Below are positions 45,463-54,261 of a stretch of 64,000 nt of DNA, in pieces. The notes beneath the pieces are model-generated. The model did no database searches. It was not told where the DNA came from and saw only the letters and a program-made list of their open reading frames with translations. Position 1 is the stretch's first letter. Each line of letters opens with the position of its first letter. The translations under genes were made by a program, and so were the position numbers. This stretch comes from Methyloversatilis discipulorum (GTDB taxonomy: Bacteria > Armatimonadota > Fimbriimonadia > Fimbriimonadales > Fimbriimonadaceae), in assembly GCA_943371575.1 (NCBI GenBank), contig CALRVI020000001.1, positions 103,953 through 167,952 of the forward strand, in the 5' to 3' direction.

Positions 45463-46799
45463 GAACGCATCCCCCCTTCATCACGGTTCCACGGCAACTC
45501 CCTCACAGCACGTACCGTCAGGTGGCGGCATCGTATTCGTTGATCCATCCAGCGAGTCGATTCTTCAGATCGCAAATGCTCCAGCAACAGCCTGCTGATT
45601 TTGCCACCTTTCGCTTGCAGAATGAGCAGGTGATTGTCGACAAAAACCGGCTCTGTTCCCAGCACGAGAGTTGCGCTAAGCCTAGGCGATTCACCTGGCC
45701 TGCTGGTTCGCCGGATGGCCACAAATGGCGGGCAGAACGCTCGGCCAGAATTAGTGAGAAGTGGTGCTTGGGCCGCATCGAAGACCTCAGAGCCTGCAAG
45801 AATCCTGGCGTTGATGAATCTGCGTGTAGCACCTTGAGCCAGGTCTCGGTGTGGAACCACGGTACCGACACTAACTTCGTACTGGTCACACAGGGTGCCC
45901 ATAGCACTAGCCTCGACCCAGCGGAATGTTTTGCCCTTACCTCTGGTTCCTGAGAGGAGAAACACGTCGATGTCCGTATGCTCATCGAACTGGCCCATTC
46001 TGACTACTTGGTCGACTCTTAGCATCTCCTCTAGCTCCGATCTCCACAGTTGGTACCGACTTCCTGACCGTAACACATCGGGGAGTATGGCGCGAACTCT
46101 TGCACCGGTTGGAAGTTGCGAGATCGAGCGCAGAGCGAATAACGCCGCAGAGCTCACTTTTCCGCGAGCAAAGGTAGTGCCCCTTGGCGCAATGGTCGAT
46201 GTGTATGGGGGATTGAGTAGCATTAGGCTGCAATCTGGCGGGCAAGACTGCTGAGCGCTATCGGCACAACTGATGTTGGGGAAGTATTCAGATGGGTTGG
46301 CGAACATCTTTGACTTAGTTCTTTGCTGCGCGAGGAGTACCAAACGTGCTCTTGCTGCTCTGACAAAAAGATCTTCACGATCAAATCCATGAAGTATCTC
46401 ACCCCATTCCACAAGTGTTTCGTGTAGATCGCTAGAGACCGGAAGCCGCGACGCAGCAGCGATGAGAAGGTCGCCTGCCCCACACGTAGGGTCGTAAACA
46501 CGCTTGAACTGATCCGCGGGAATGCGGGATGTCACACTTTTCCGAAGCTTTGAGCTGGTGAAGAACGCCCCAATACTCCGCCGTGTCGTGATGGACACGG
46601 CTTCCCGGAGCCTCTCAGAGACCAGCCCGTTAAGATTCGCCTGGATCATCCGACGTCGCTCCAGGCACGAATTGCCTTCAGTGCCAGTCGCTAGGTTCTC
46701 GATCAGCTCAACGTGCCCAAGAAATGGCAGTAAACCAGATTCATCTTCGAGAGAATACGCAGAACCCAAAAGAGCACCCAGTGCCCGGCGGTCAATCAC
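45459..46799 (-). CDS. Gamma-class N6-adenine DNA methyltransferase (Eco57I/TaqI-like) with C-terminal target-recognition region
   Basis: IGAFFTS (motif X, GxFxTP-like), VYDPTCGAGDLLIAA (motif I, AdoMet) and LMLLNPPY (motif IV, NPPY). GTG start with AGAGGAA about 8 nt upstream. Confidence 0.85.
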   Translation of the reverse strand: MIDRRALGALLGSAYSLEDESGLLPFLGHVELIENLATGTEGNSCLERRRMIQANLNGLVSERLREAVSITTRRSIGAFFTSSKLRKSVTSRIPADQFKRVYDPTCGAGDLLIAAASRLPVSSDLHETLVEWGEILHGFDREDLFVRAARARLVLLAQQRTKSKMFANPSEYFPNISCADSAQQSCPPDCSLMLLNPPYTSTIAPRGTTFARGKVSSAALFALRSISQLPTGARVRAILPDVLRSGSRYQLWRSELEEMLRVDQVVRMGQFDEHTDIDVFLLSGTRGKGKTFRWVEASAMGTLCDQYEVSVGTVVPHRDLAQGATRRFINARILAGSEVFDAAQAPLLTNSGRAFCPPFVAIRRTSRPGESPRLSATLVLGTEPVFVDNHLLILQAKGGKISRLLLEHLRSEESTRWMDQRIRCRHLTVRAVRELPWNRDEGGMRS

Positions 46800-46997
46800 T
46801 TTTGAATTCCTCTAATCATGCGGGCACCTAAGTAAGCAGGACCTCAGCTTGGGACGTTGCCAACCGATTTGGCACTTCAGATTTCGTATCCCAGGGTTCA
46901 TCGCACCTGCCCCAGCCCACCAAGTAAAGCAAACTCAGTCGTCCAATCACCGCTGATTTCACCGCGACTCGGAGTGTACCCACCCTGTTTGACGTAC

Positions 46998-47024
46998 GGA
47001 AAGGGTGCGGTCGAAATCGCACCC
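46998..47024 (-). terminator. Candidate intrinsic terminator after the beta-helix gene
   Basis: The minus strand reads GGGTGCG-ATTTCGAC-CGCACCC followed by TTTCC, 22 nt downstream of the stop at 47047. It separates the phage-like module from the methyltransferase operon. Confidence 0.4.
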
Positions 47025-47046
47025 GCGCGTGAACTTCTCCGCAAAG

Positions 47047-48144
47047 CTATTGCGATGAAACATCGCTGAGAACCTTAATTCGCATGATTGGATACCAACC
47101 TTCTCTGAACTCCTCGATGCTGAGCGGCGGCCTGATTCGGTACCCGTGGGCGACGTCGGCGAGGATCCCGCGATTCCCACTCGCGTAGTTCGGGCCGAGC
47201 TGGCCGACGAATTCCATCTGGTTCCAGCCGCCCTGGTTGCCGGACGCCACGTTGTCCTGCATGAGCGACCCTTTTGAGTGCTCCAACCCGATCCCGTAGT
47301 CACCAAACCCCGTCGCCGTGTTGCCCTTGATGAGGGCCGCGATCACTCCGTATGCGGAGAGACCAGAGAGCCGCCCAGGCCCGACGAATGTGCAGTTGAT
47401 CACCCGTAAGCCCTTGATGAGGGCATCCTCGCGCCATGTCGCCCAGCGATACGTCTCGCCGCGGCGGAATACCTGCTGGTCGCCTTCCCAGCGCGGGACG
47501 ATCTCCAGGGTCACCGAATCCTCGGTATTTCCCACCACTCGGAACCGGGAGCGATCAGGGTCTAAGCCCGGGCCCCAGATATCCCAGGTATTGCGAGCCG
47601 CGAGCCGCAAGGGGAACGTCGCCTCAAGTGGCGCGCGGATCTGCAGCGTGATCCGGCCTGTACCGTCACCGGCAGCCGTCCGGCTTGCCGTGATCGGATT
47701 GATGTGCCCGAGGCGATTCGTGCCACCCTTCTCGGCCTTCGGGTCATACCAGAACCCATTCTCCGGGCCGTCTTTGAACTCCCAGGGATGACCTGGAACC
47801 ACAGCGAAGAGCTCCCACTGATTGCCCGCGCCGATGAACTGCGTGTTTTCAACCGTGAGCCCGTCCGTTCGGATCGCGAGGAGCTGATGAAGAAGGCCTC
47901 CCGTGAAGGCTGAGTCCTCGATTCTGCTTCCGTGGGCCTGGCGAAGCACGACGCGCCCATCCCCTTCCAGCTTTAACGTGACGCCATCGATCCTCACCGG
48001 AGCCTCGAAGACGAGGTCGGCCCGCACCGTGATCACCCGATCCTTGAGGATCACGGGAGACGTGATGACGCGCTCATTTGCTACCGTCGCCGGCACGGAA
48101 GTCGCCCCGATCGCCAGGGCCGCAAGAAGGTTCGCAAGAACCAT
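47047..48144 (-). CDS. Right-handed parallel beta-helix (pectate-lyase-fold) protein, candidate tail-associated depolymerase
   Basis: Start at MVLANLLAALAIGATSV (one-base stop/start overlap, TGATG, with the upstream gene). Successive short repeats such as VINCTFVGPG, IKGNTATGFGDYGIGLEHS, MQDNVASGNQGG and ASGNRGILADV are typical PbH1 coils. Confidence 0.55.
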   Translation of the reverse strand: MVLANLLAALAIGATSVPATVANERVITSPVILKDRVITVRADLVFEAPVRIDGVTLKLEGDGRVVLRQAHGSRIEDSAFTGGLLHQLLAIRTDGLTVENTQFIGAGNQWELFAVVPGHPWEFKDGPENGFWYDPKAEKGGTNRLGHINPITASRTAAGDGTGRITLQIRAPLEATFPLRLAARNTWDIWGPGLDPDRSRFRVVGNTEDSVTLEIVPRWEGDQQVFRRGETYRWATWREDALIKGLRVINCTFVGPGRLSGLSAYGVIAALIKGNTATGFGDYGIGLEHSKGSLMQDNVASGNQGGWNQMEFVGQLGPNYASGNRGILADVAHGYRIRPPLSIEEFREGWYPIMRIKVLSDVSSQ

Positions 48145-49409
48145 CAGAGGTACCCCAGGTTCCTTGCTTGCTTCGTCGTGGTGAGGTTCGCTAGGCACAC
48201 CTCCGCCATTTCGATGATCCCCGTGCTCGATGTCCCCGCGTTCAGCATATTGGTCATGTAGAGCTCAAAGAGCAGAGAGGTCGTGTTCGCGGGCACCTTG
48301 TAGGCGTAGGCCATCGTTCGCCACTCGTTTCCAGAGTCGATCACCCCGATCCAAGGAGAGATGAAGGATCCAGTTGCACCGATCGGGCGGATGTTGTTCA
48401 CGAAGGTCGATTCCTGCCCGCTCACCAGGCAGTTTCGCATTCGGAACTTCATGGAGAAGAGCATCCAGTCCCCAACGGCGGCGGATGCCCCGATTGCGAG
48501 CGAAGTACTGAAAATGACGAGGGCCTTGCCACCGGTTTTGGTGACCTGCTCCGCGCTCCCTTTGAGCCCAACGGTGTCCTGAGCAAGCGTGGCGCGAGTG
48601 AATGTTCCGACCGGAGTGTCATACCCATAGGTTCCGTAGCTTCCGGGCGCGAGAGCGAGCGGCACCCCCGTCTTGGTGCCCTGGGTGCCCATCAGGGTCA
48701 GGTCATGCTCGCGAGGCATCCAGCTTCGGACGAAACTATCAAAGACCAGGCCGAGGGCCACATATCCGCGGGGGTTCGGATGAACACCGTCCGTGGTCAA
48801 GGTTCCTTGTTGGCCATCCATAACCGCGAACAACCCGGTAACCAGCGGCCAGCCGGTCTCAGAGGACAGCTGAGCAAGCCAGGCATTATGCAGAAGTACT
48901 TCGTTCCGGTCTTTGCCCGATGGGATCATGAGCTCGCAGAGGATCGGCACGACGCCCGCCTGAGCGATGTTGTTGAGATCCGCTCGGATCCTGTTTCGCA
49001 GATCACGTCGCTGCGCCGCTGTAAGCGGAGATCCCGAAGACGGCATGTCGTTGTGGCCAAGCCAGTAGAAGGCTGCGTCCGGCTGGTCGTGAAGGAAATC
49101 GAATCGGTAAGCCGTGGACTCGAATCCTCCCACCGAGAGCCCGCTATAGCCAAAGCTCGATGCGGGGGTGAGCAGGGCGGGCATGTTGCTTGATCCGCTC
49201 ACGTTGAGGATGCGTGTGCTGGACTGGAGGCAGATTTGGGAGAGCATCCCGCCGATAAATCGCCACGTGGTCGATGGGTTCGAGCCAGCTGTGATGGAGT
49301 CACCGACCATCGTGACCCGAACTGGCCGGAGCGCATTGATTGAAGAAAGTCGCTCCGCCCCACTCGGCCAGCCCCGAACACCTTCTACTCTCCCGATCGC
49401 GACGCTCAC
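48144..49409 (-). CDS. SGNH/GDSL hydrolase domain protein with C-terminal beta-rich domain (tail-associated esterase candidate)
   Basis: VTMVGDSITAGSN (block I, GDS) and TDGVHPNPRGY (block V, DxxH). The C-terminal ~190 aa have no motif. Confidence 0.65.
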   Translation of the reverse strand: MSVAIGRVEGVRGWPSGAERLSSINALRPVRVTMVGDSITAGSNPSTTWRFIGGMLSQICLQSSTRILNVSGSSNMPALLTPASSFGYSGLSVGGFESTAYRFDFLHDQPDAAFYWLGHNDMPSSGSPLTAAQRRDLRNRIRADLNNIAQAGVVPILCELMIPSGKDRNEVLLHNAWLAQLSSETGWPLVTGLFAVMDGQQGTLTTDGVHPNPRGYVALGLVFDSFVRSWMPREHDLTLMGTQGTKTGVPLALAPGSYGTYGYDTPVGTFTRATLAQDTVGLKGSAEQVTKTGGKALVIFSTSLAIGASAAVGDWMLFSMKFRMRNCLVSGQESTFVNNIRPIGATGSFISPWIGVIDSGNEWRTMAYAYKVPANTTSLLFELYMTNMLNAGTSSTGIIEMAEVCLANLTTTKQARNLGYL

Positions 49410-49723
49410 GAGGCCACCACTCCCAGAGCGATGTTGCGGGTACCCATCGCATGGTAAGGAGCCATCGCAATGGCATCGACGATGTCCGGCTCTTCACCAA
49501 GGCTGTTCACCGGCGTAATGATCAGATCCACGGGAGCTGTGCTGATAACCGCCCCAACCGCATCGGCAGGTGGTTCAAGAGATGTCCAGCCCGCCGGAGA
49601 AATAGCGACCTGGAAGAAGCCCGCATGAAGGCCGCTCGAATCCAGGAAAACACCGGAGACGAGCCCCGATCCGCTTCGCGCGGCGAGCCTGAAAGACTGG
49701 ATGCCGGGAGTGTAGTGGTTCAC
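49406..49723 (-). CDS. Hypothetical small protein in the tail-fibre region
   Basis: 105-aa ORF with a 4-nt overlap to the downstream SGNH gene, co-oriented. Confidence 0.4.
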   Translation of the reverse strand: MNHYTPGIQSFRLAARSGSGLVSGVFLDSSGLHAGFFQVAISPAGWTSLEPPADAVGAVISTAPVDLIITPVNSLGEEPDIVDAIAMAPYHAMGTRNIALGVVAS

Positions 49724-49729
49724 ATGGGT

Positions 49730-52700
49730 TCAGACCCGTTTCCAGGTCAATCCATCATCAAGGCTTCGCCACTCAGCGGGATCGGTTTCGCCCTCTGGGA
49801 TGGCTGAAAGGATCCACGTATCGGTGGAGTCATTCGCCGGGAAGACGTGGAACGTGCCGTCCTCGACCTTGATGTCGGCCGTGGTCTGATCCTTGGCAAA
49901 GAAGGCCGCGCCGGGGGATGCTTGACCTGGCCCCTGGCGACGGATGCGGATCTTGCCAGGGCCTGAGGTGCCGCTGTCGTAGACGAGGCAGGCCAGCACA
50001 CGCCAGCCGCTTCCGCTTTGATTGCCTGTGGGGAATGCTCCAGCCATGATGGTCACCGGTTCAGACCAGCTCCGGCCATCATCGAGAGACTTCGCCTGCA
50101 TCACCGAGCCAGCTCGCTCCCACAGAGCCCAGACCGGAGAAGTGCTGCCGAGGCCGTGAAGTGTTGGCCTCCTGTCATCCGGCAGGCCGATTACCACGTC
50201 TTCAGCCCAAGGCAGTCGCGAGAGGTGATCGCGTGAGCGGGTGATCCGGACCCCTGTCTCCACCGACCAAGCCCGGTAGAAGTGACCCAGGCGGTTGATG
50301 AAGTTCCAGATCCAGCCGCCGGCTTCTGCCACTGCGCCGACCCAGAACGCGCCGCGCCAGGGCCGCATTCGGAACCACTCTTTCCCGCCCCAGTGAGCCG
50401 CCCACAGATAGCCTTCGGATCCCGTGGTGGCGATGGTGTGCGCTCCAACATGCCATCCCGCGGGAGCGGTTACCGGCGTCAGGCTGTTCACCCCTCCCCC
50501 GGCGACATCGCGTAGCTCAAGCGATTTCGGCGCTATGATCGGCATCTGGTTTCCGAGGTGCGAGTAAGACCTCTGCTCAAGTGCCCCGATCGGGAGCCAG
50601 CTCGCCACCGAGAGCCGCCGCCCTTCCGGGAAGCAAGCGATTGGTGGCACTGCCGAACGAAACGTGTTCGAATAGATCCCGATCGGGCCGACCGAGCTCG
50701 GAGCAAATCCGGAGATCGTCGTGAGCTGCTTGTCCGGATCTCGCCAGAGGTGATCGATGATTGTCCACTCTTCGCCTGGGACGAACTCATCCCCCGCTCG
50801 CGTGGTGAGATCGGTGAGAGCTGACCGCCCGCGCAGGAACACGTTCTCCCAGGCCCACAGATCGCCAATGGTGGTCGCCTGGCTCGGACCGCGTGTCTGG
50901 GGCACCGTCAGAGGGATGTCCAGCAGGTAATCGTAAAACGAGAGGCAGCCATACCGGACTCCAGGGCCATCATCGAAGAGGATCGCGGCCAGGCCGCCCG
51001 TCTCGTGATAGACCTTCGCGGTGTTCCAGGGAGCCATGTGGAACACGGGATGATGGATGATCGCGGGGAGGCCCGTATCGATCCTGGTGAATTCCCAGCG
51101 GATCTTCGTCGGGGTCCGCGAGGGCATGAGACCAAACGAACTGATCCGGCGCTCATCGAGGGAAGCGGCAAAGCTCTCGTCATCCGGCTCGATGGACACA
51201 TAGGTGTCGACCAGCTCGCCCTGGCCAAAGTCGGCGAGGGCATCGGTTGCCCACTCGCTCGCGAGACCAGCAGGGATCCGGTGTGTCCCGGCAGTGGATG
51301 CGATGAGAACCTTGGTGCCATCCGCGCCCACCGCGAACACGGAACATGCCGAGATGTTCGTGCCATCCCAGCCGATCTCGATCCGGTCGGCAAGCGTCGG
51401 GGTCATGTAGGGGAAAGCAGTGAAGCTCGCCATCTCGAACTCCATTTCATCGGCATCAACGAAGATGTTCGTAGCACCCACGAGGCCCGTGCCAGATCCG
51501 AACGTGAACCGAGGAGTCGAGTCTTCCGTGGTCTCGAAGCTGTCTGGGTGATCTGCGCGATCAAGGATGCCGAAGCGATTAATGCCCCACCAGCAAGGAA
51601 GGCCGAGAATATACGTGGCGAGCCCCGTGACCCCGTTCTGGTCGATCGGCTCGGCCACCACATTGATCCGGTGCTTAGTGTCCTGCCCAGAAGGGAGAGC
51701 CGGATGAGTGACGTGTTGCTGGCGAGCTGCGTACCAGTACGCGATCGGGGAATCCCCTCCCATGAGTTTCCAGCGCGAGCTGCTTGCGGCCGAGTCGGGC
51801 GGAAACCAGAGACCATAGCTCCAGTGAGGATTCACCCAGGTGTTTACAAACGGCGCAGGATATTCCGCGTGATCGAGGGCAGGAGAGGGCGAGCCGGGTG
51901 CCTGCAGGCTCCAGACAACTCCCCACCCGCGCTGACCAAAGACGGAGGGGGTGCCATAGAGCCGGTTGTAGCTCGGCGAGGCTTGCGCGTAGACCGTCCG
52001 GTCAAGGAGGTCATTCAGGCCCGCGCCGCCTGTCCTTGCGAGCAGCTCGCTCTTCGTTGGATAGACCGTCGTGGTGGCGGTTTCCGTGGTGTTGGTTCCC
52101 CCACCGGCGCACAGATCCTCCTCGATATAATCCTGCCGCTCAAACCCATAGCCATGCGCGCCCCATCGTGAGATCAGGCCCTCGTAATCGGGGTTCATGG
52201 CCTCGACGCTCGCCGGCAAATTCGGCAGGATCCAGACCGGAGACGTGCTGAATTCTTGCTGCAGGAGTGATCCCGTGTTCGTTTCCTTGTACTCGCTCGT
52301 GACCGTGACCGACCAGGTGTTCGACCCCGAGGCGTAGGGGCTGGCTGGAGCAATTTCGATGGGCAGAGCCGTAGGTGATCCACCCTTGGGGGTGAAGCGC
52401 CATCCGCCCGAGACGTTGGAGATGGCATGAGTCTCCGAGCCTCCGGGACCTGGCTCAAAACAGCCATTGACGACAATCAGAGGGTCAGCCGCGGCGCCGC
52501 CCGTGAGGTACGGCGGAATCCCGATCGCTGGGATGGATGCGGGCACTCCGGTCATTGTTCCGGAGACATCGAGCGGAACCCCTCTTTGCCACTCGAGCAC
52601 ACCGTTAACCCACCACTGCACGTTAGTTGCCGTGATCCTCAGCGTTCCCGAAGCATTCATCCAGAGCTTCAGATCGATGAGCTTCACGACCTGGCTGACG

Positions 52701-53068
52701 ACCGAGATCCCGGGATACGTGCGAGTTTGCACGGCGCCGAGGATCGGGGCCTCGATGGTCGCAGTCGCTTCGACGAGTCCACCCATAGCCCCGTAGCCGT
52801 GGAGCCTGATCCCATTCGCCGTGAGAAGGTAGTCCGGCGTGAACATCGATTGGATCTGGCCCGAGGCGGCGGCGGTGGAGGTGAATCCGCCGAATGTCCA
52901 CACCGACGAGGACGTGGGATCCACGTTGAGTTGCATCTCCCAGACGTCGTACTCCGCGAGCAGTCCACCAAAGGGCGCGGGCTCGCCGCTAGAGACGAGC
53001 TCCGCCGAGAACCACCCCAGCGGGCTGAGGTTCCGGTCAAACCAAAGCTCAGGCCCGAAGAAGTTCAT
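49730..53068 (-). CDS. Large distal-tail/host-recognition protein with C-terminal BNR/Asp-box repeats (sialidase-like propeller)
   Basis: 1112 aa. C-terminal Asp-boxes SLDDGRSWSEP and SLDDGLTWKRV (S-x-D-x-G-x-x-W). Lies in the tail-tip gene block. Confidence 0.55.
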   Translation of the reverse strand: MNFFGPELWFDRNLSPLGWFSAELVSSGEPAPFGGLLAEYDVWEMQLNVDPTSSSVWTFGGFTSTAAASGQIQSMFTPDYLLTANGIRLHGYGAMGGLVEATATIEAPILGAVQTRTYPGISVVSQVVKLIDLKLWMNASGTLRITATNVQWWVNGVLEWQRGVPLDVSGTMTGVPASIPAIGIPPYLTGGAAADPLIVVNGCFEPGPGGSETHAISNVSGGWRFTPKGGSPTALPIEIAPASPYASGSNTWSVTVTSEYKETNTGSLLQQEFSTSPVWILPNLPASVEAMNPDYEGLISRWGAHGYGFERQDYIEEDLCAGGGTNTTETATTTVYPTKSELLARTGGAGLNDLLDRTVYAQASPSYNRLYGTPSVFGQRGWGVVWSLQAPGSPSPALDHAEYPAPFVNTWVNPHWSYGLWFPPDSAASSSRWKLMGGDSPIAYWYAARQQHVTHPALPSGQDTKHRINVVAEPIDQNGVTGLATYILGLPCWWGINRFGILDRADHPDSFETTEDSTPRFTFGSGTGLVGATNIFVDADEMEFEMASFTAFPYMTPTLADRIEIGWDGTNISACSVFAVGADGTKVLIASTAGTHRIPAGLASEWATDALADFGQGELVDTYVSIEPDDESFAASLDERRISSFGLMPSRTPTKIRWEFTRIDTGLPAIIHHPVFHMAPWNTAKVYHETGGLAAILFDDGPGVRYGCLSFYDYLLDIPLTVPQTRGPSQATTIGDLWAWENVFLRGRSALTDLTTRAGDEFVPGEEWTIIDHLWRDPDKQLTTISGFAPSSVGPIGIYSNTFRSAVPPIACFPEGRRLSVASWLPIGALEQRSYSHLGNQMPIIAPKSLELRDVAGGGVNSLTPVTAPAGWHVGAHTIATTGSEGYLWAAHWGGKEWFRMRPWRGAFWVGAVAEAGGWIWNFINRLGHFYRAWSVETGVRITRSRDHLSRLPWAEDVVIGLPDDRRPTLHGLGSTSPVWALWERAGSVMQAKSLDDGRSWSEPVTIMAGAFPTGNQSGSGWRVLACLVYDSGTSGPGKIRIRRQGPGQASPGAAFFAKDQTTADIKVEDGTFHVFPANDSTDTWILSAIPEGETDPAEWRSLDDGLTWKRV

Positions 53069-54018
53069 TACGCCGAGTCAAGGAAGAAGGCAGGCATCCC
53101 GCCTGTCCACGCCGCCTGGGCAGCCAAGGCAGGAGCGGGATCCGGGAGGGCTCCAGCTGTGACGGCAAACTGGAACTGGTACCCACCAAGCTTGGTCGAA
53201 AGAGATCCCGGAAGAGCACTTGGCGCAGACTGGATCTGACCAGTTGCCGCCGCGATGGCGCCCCCGAACGCCGCAGGGCCAGCGACGGTACCTGTCGCGT
53301 TCACACTGCAGGCGAGGAAGTACGTCTCATCCCTTGCCAGGGCCACGGAGAGCCCCGTCGCCGCTCCCCAGGCGTTGGCAACCGTGGTGATGGCGGTCTC
53401 TGGCATGAGGCGAGCAAGATCGGACAGGCGATACAGCGCGACCCGGAAGACGTTGGTGGTTGCACCGACGCCGTACCAGCGAATGCTTGCCACCGTGAGA
53501 TCAAAGGGCAGGCGGAACATCGAGCAACGAGCAACGCTGACCGTGACGTTGGTTGGCGTCGGCGCGATGTTGCCGGCGTCCTGCAGGAGCGCAAGCATGG
53601 TGTCCGGGTTGCCATCACCATAGGCGGCGGCGAGCTGGCCAAACCACGGCCTGGCTTGCACTTCCCCACCGCTCTGGGTCTGGAACCCAACGGCATCGAT
53701 GTACCGAAGGTGCTGGCCCGGGCTGAGCCACCGCTTTTCGATCTCGACCGTCGCCGTGCCGTCCGAGTGCTCAATGGTGATCATCACGCCGGTGGTTGCG
53801 CTCTTATTCCGGATGAGCAGCCCCTTGACGTTTCGCGCGGTGGAAGCACCTGGCGAGGGGATCACGGTCGTGGAGCTTGCTGTGGTGATCTGGGTGTTAT
53901 CCTGCCCCGGCGTGACCGTGCTTCCGGACAAGTCCACCCAGGAGGCGTGAACATCCACGGGCACCGCCGCCGAGGTGATGACGCGCAGGAGCGCGGACGT
54001 TGATGCGAGGAGGATCAC
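53068..54018 (-). CDS. Hypothetical tail-associated protein
   Basis: 316-aa ORF, co-oriented, with a 1-nt stop/start overlap to the downstream gene. Ala/Thr/Gly-rich and beta-like. Confidence 0.45.
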   Translation of the reverse strand: MILLASTSALLRVITSAAVPVDVHASWVDLSGSTVTPGQDNTQITTASSTTVIPSPGASTARNVKGLLIRNKSATTGVMITIEHSDGTATVEIEKRWLSPGQHLRYIDAVGFQTQSGGEVQARPWFGQLAAAYGDGNPDTMLALLQDAGNIAPTPTNVTVSVARCSMFRLPFDLTVASIRWYGVGATTNVFRVALYRLSDLARLMPETAITTVANAWGAATGLSVALARDETYFLACSVNATGTVAGPAAFGGAIAAATGQIQSAPSALPGSLSTKLGGYQFQFAVTAGALPDPAPALAAQAAWTGGMPAFFLDSA

Positions 54019-54033
54019 ACTGGTTTAGACCAG

Positions 54034-54261
54034 CTACGGCACATTCACATCTGGAGTAAAGAGCCACTCCCCGAACGTTGGCGATCCCGGATCCGTGTCC
54101 TGAGCCTCCGCGATCGGGATCTCCGGTAAGGCCATGACCCTCGCGATGGCGCCCTCCATGTTCCGGTCGGTGGCCAGGACGTTCTCCTGGTAGGCGCGGG
54201 TGCCTCGACCTTGAGCCACCATGTTCTTCATTCCGGCTTTCTGTTGCTCGATTGCTCTCAT
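54034..54261 (-). CDS. Small hypothetical protein
   Basis: Start at MRAIEQQKAGMKNMV gives an ATGA overlap with the upstream 899-aa gene. The longer ORF to 54336 is rejected. Confidence 0.35.
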   Translation of the reverse strand: MRAIEQQKAGMKNMVAQGRGTRAYQENVLATDRNMEGAIARVMALPEIPIAEAQDTDPGSPTFGEWLFTPDVNVP

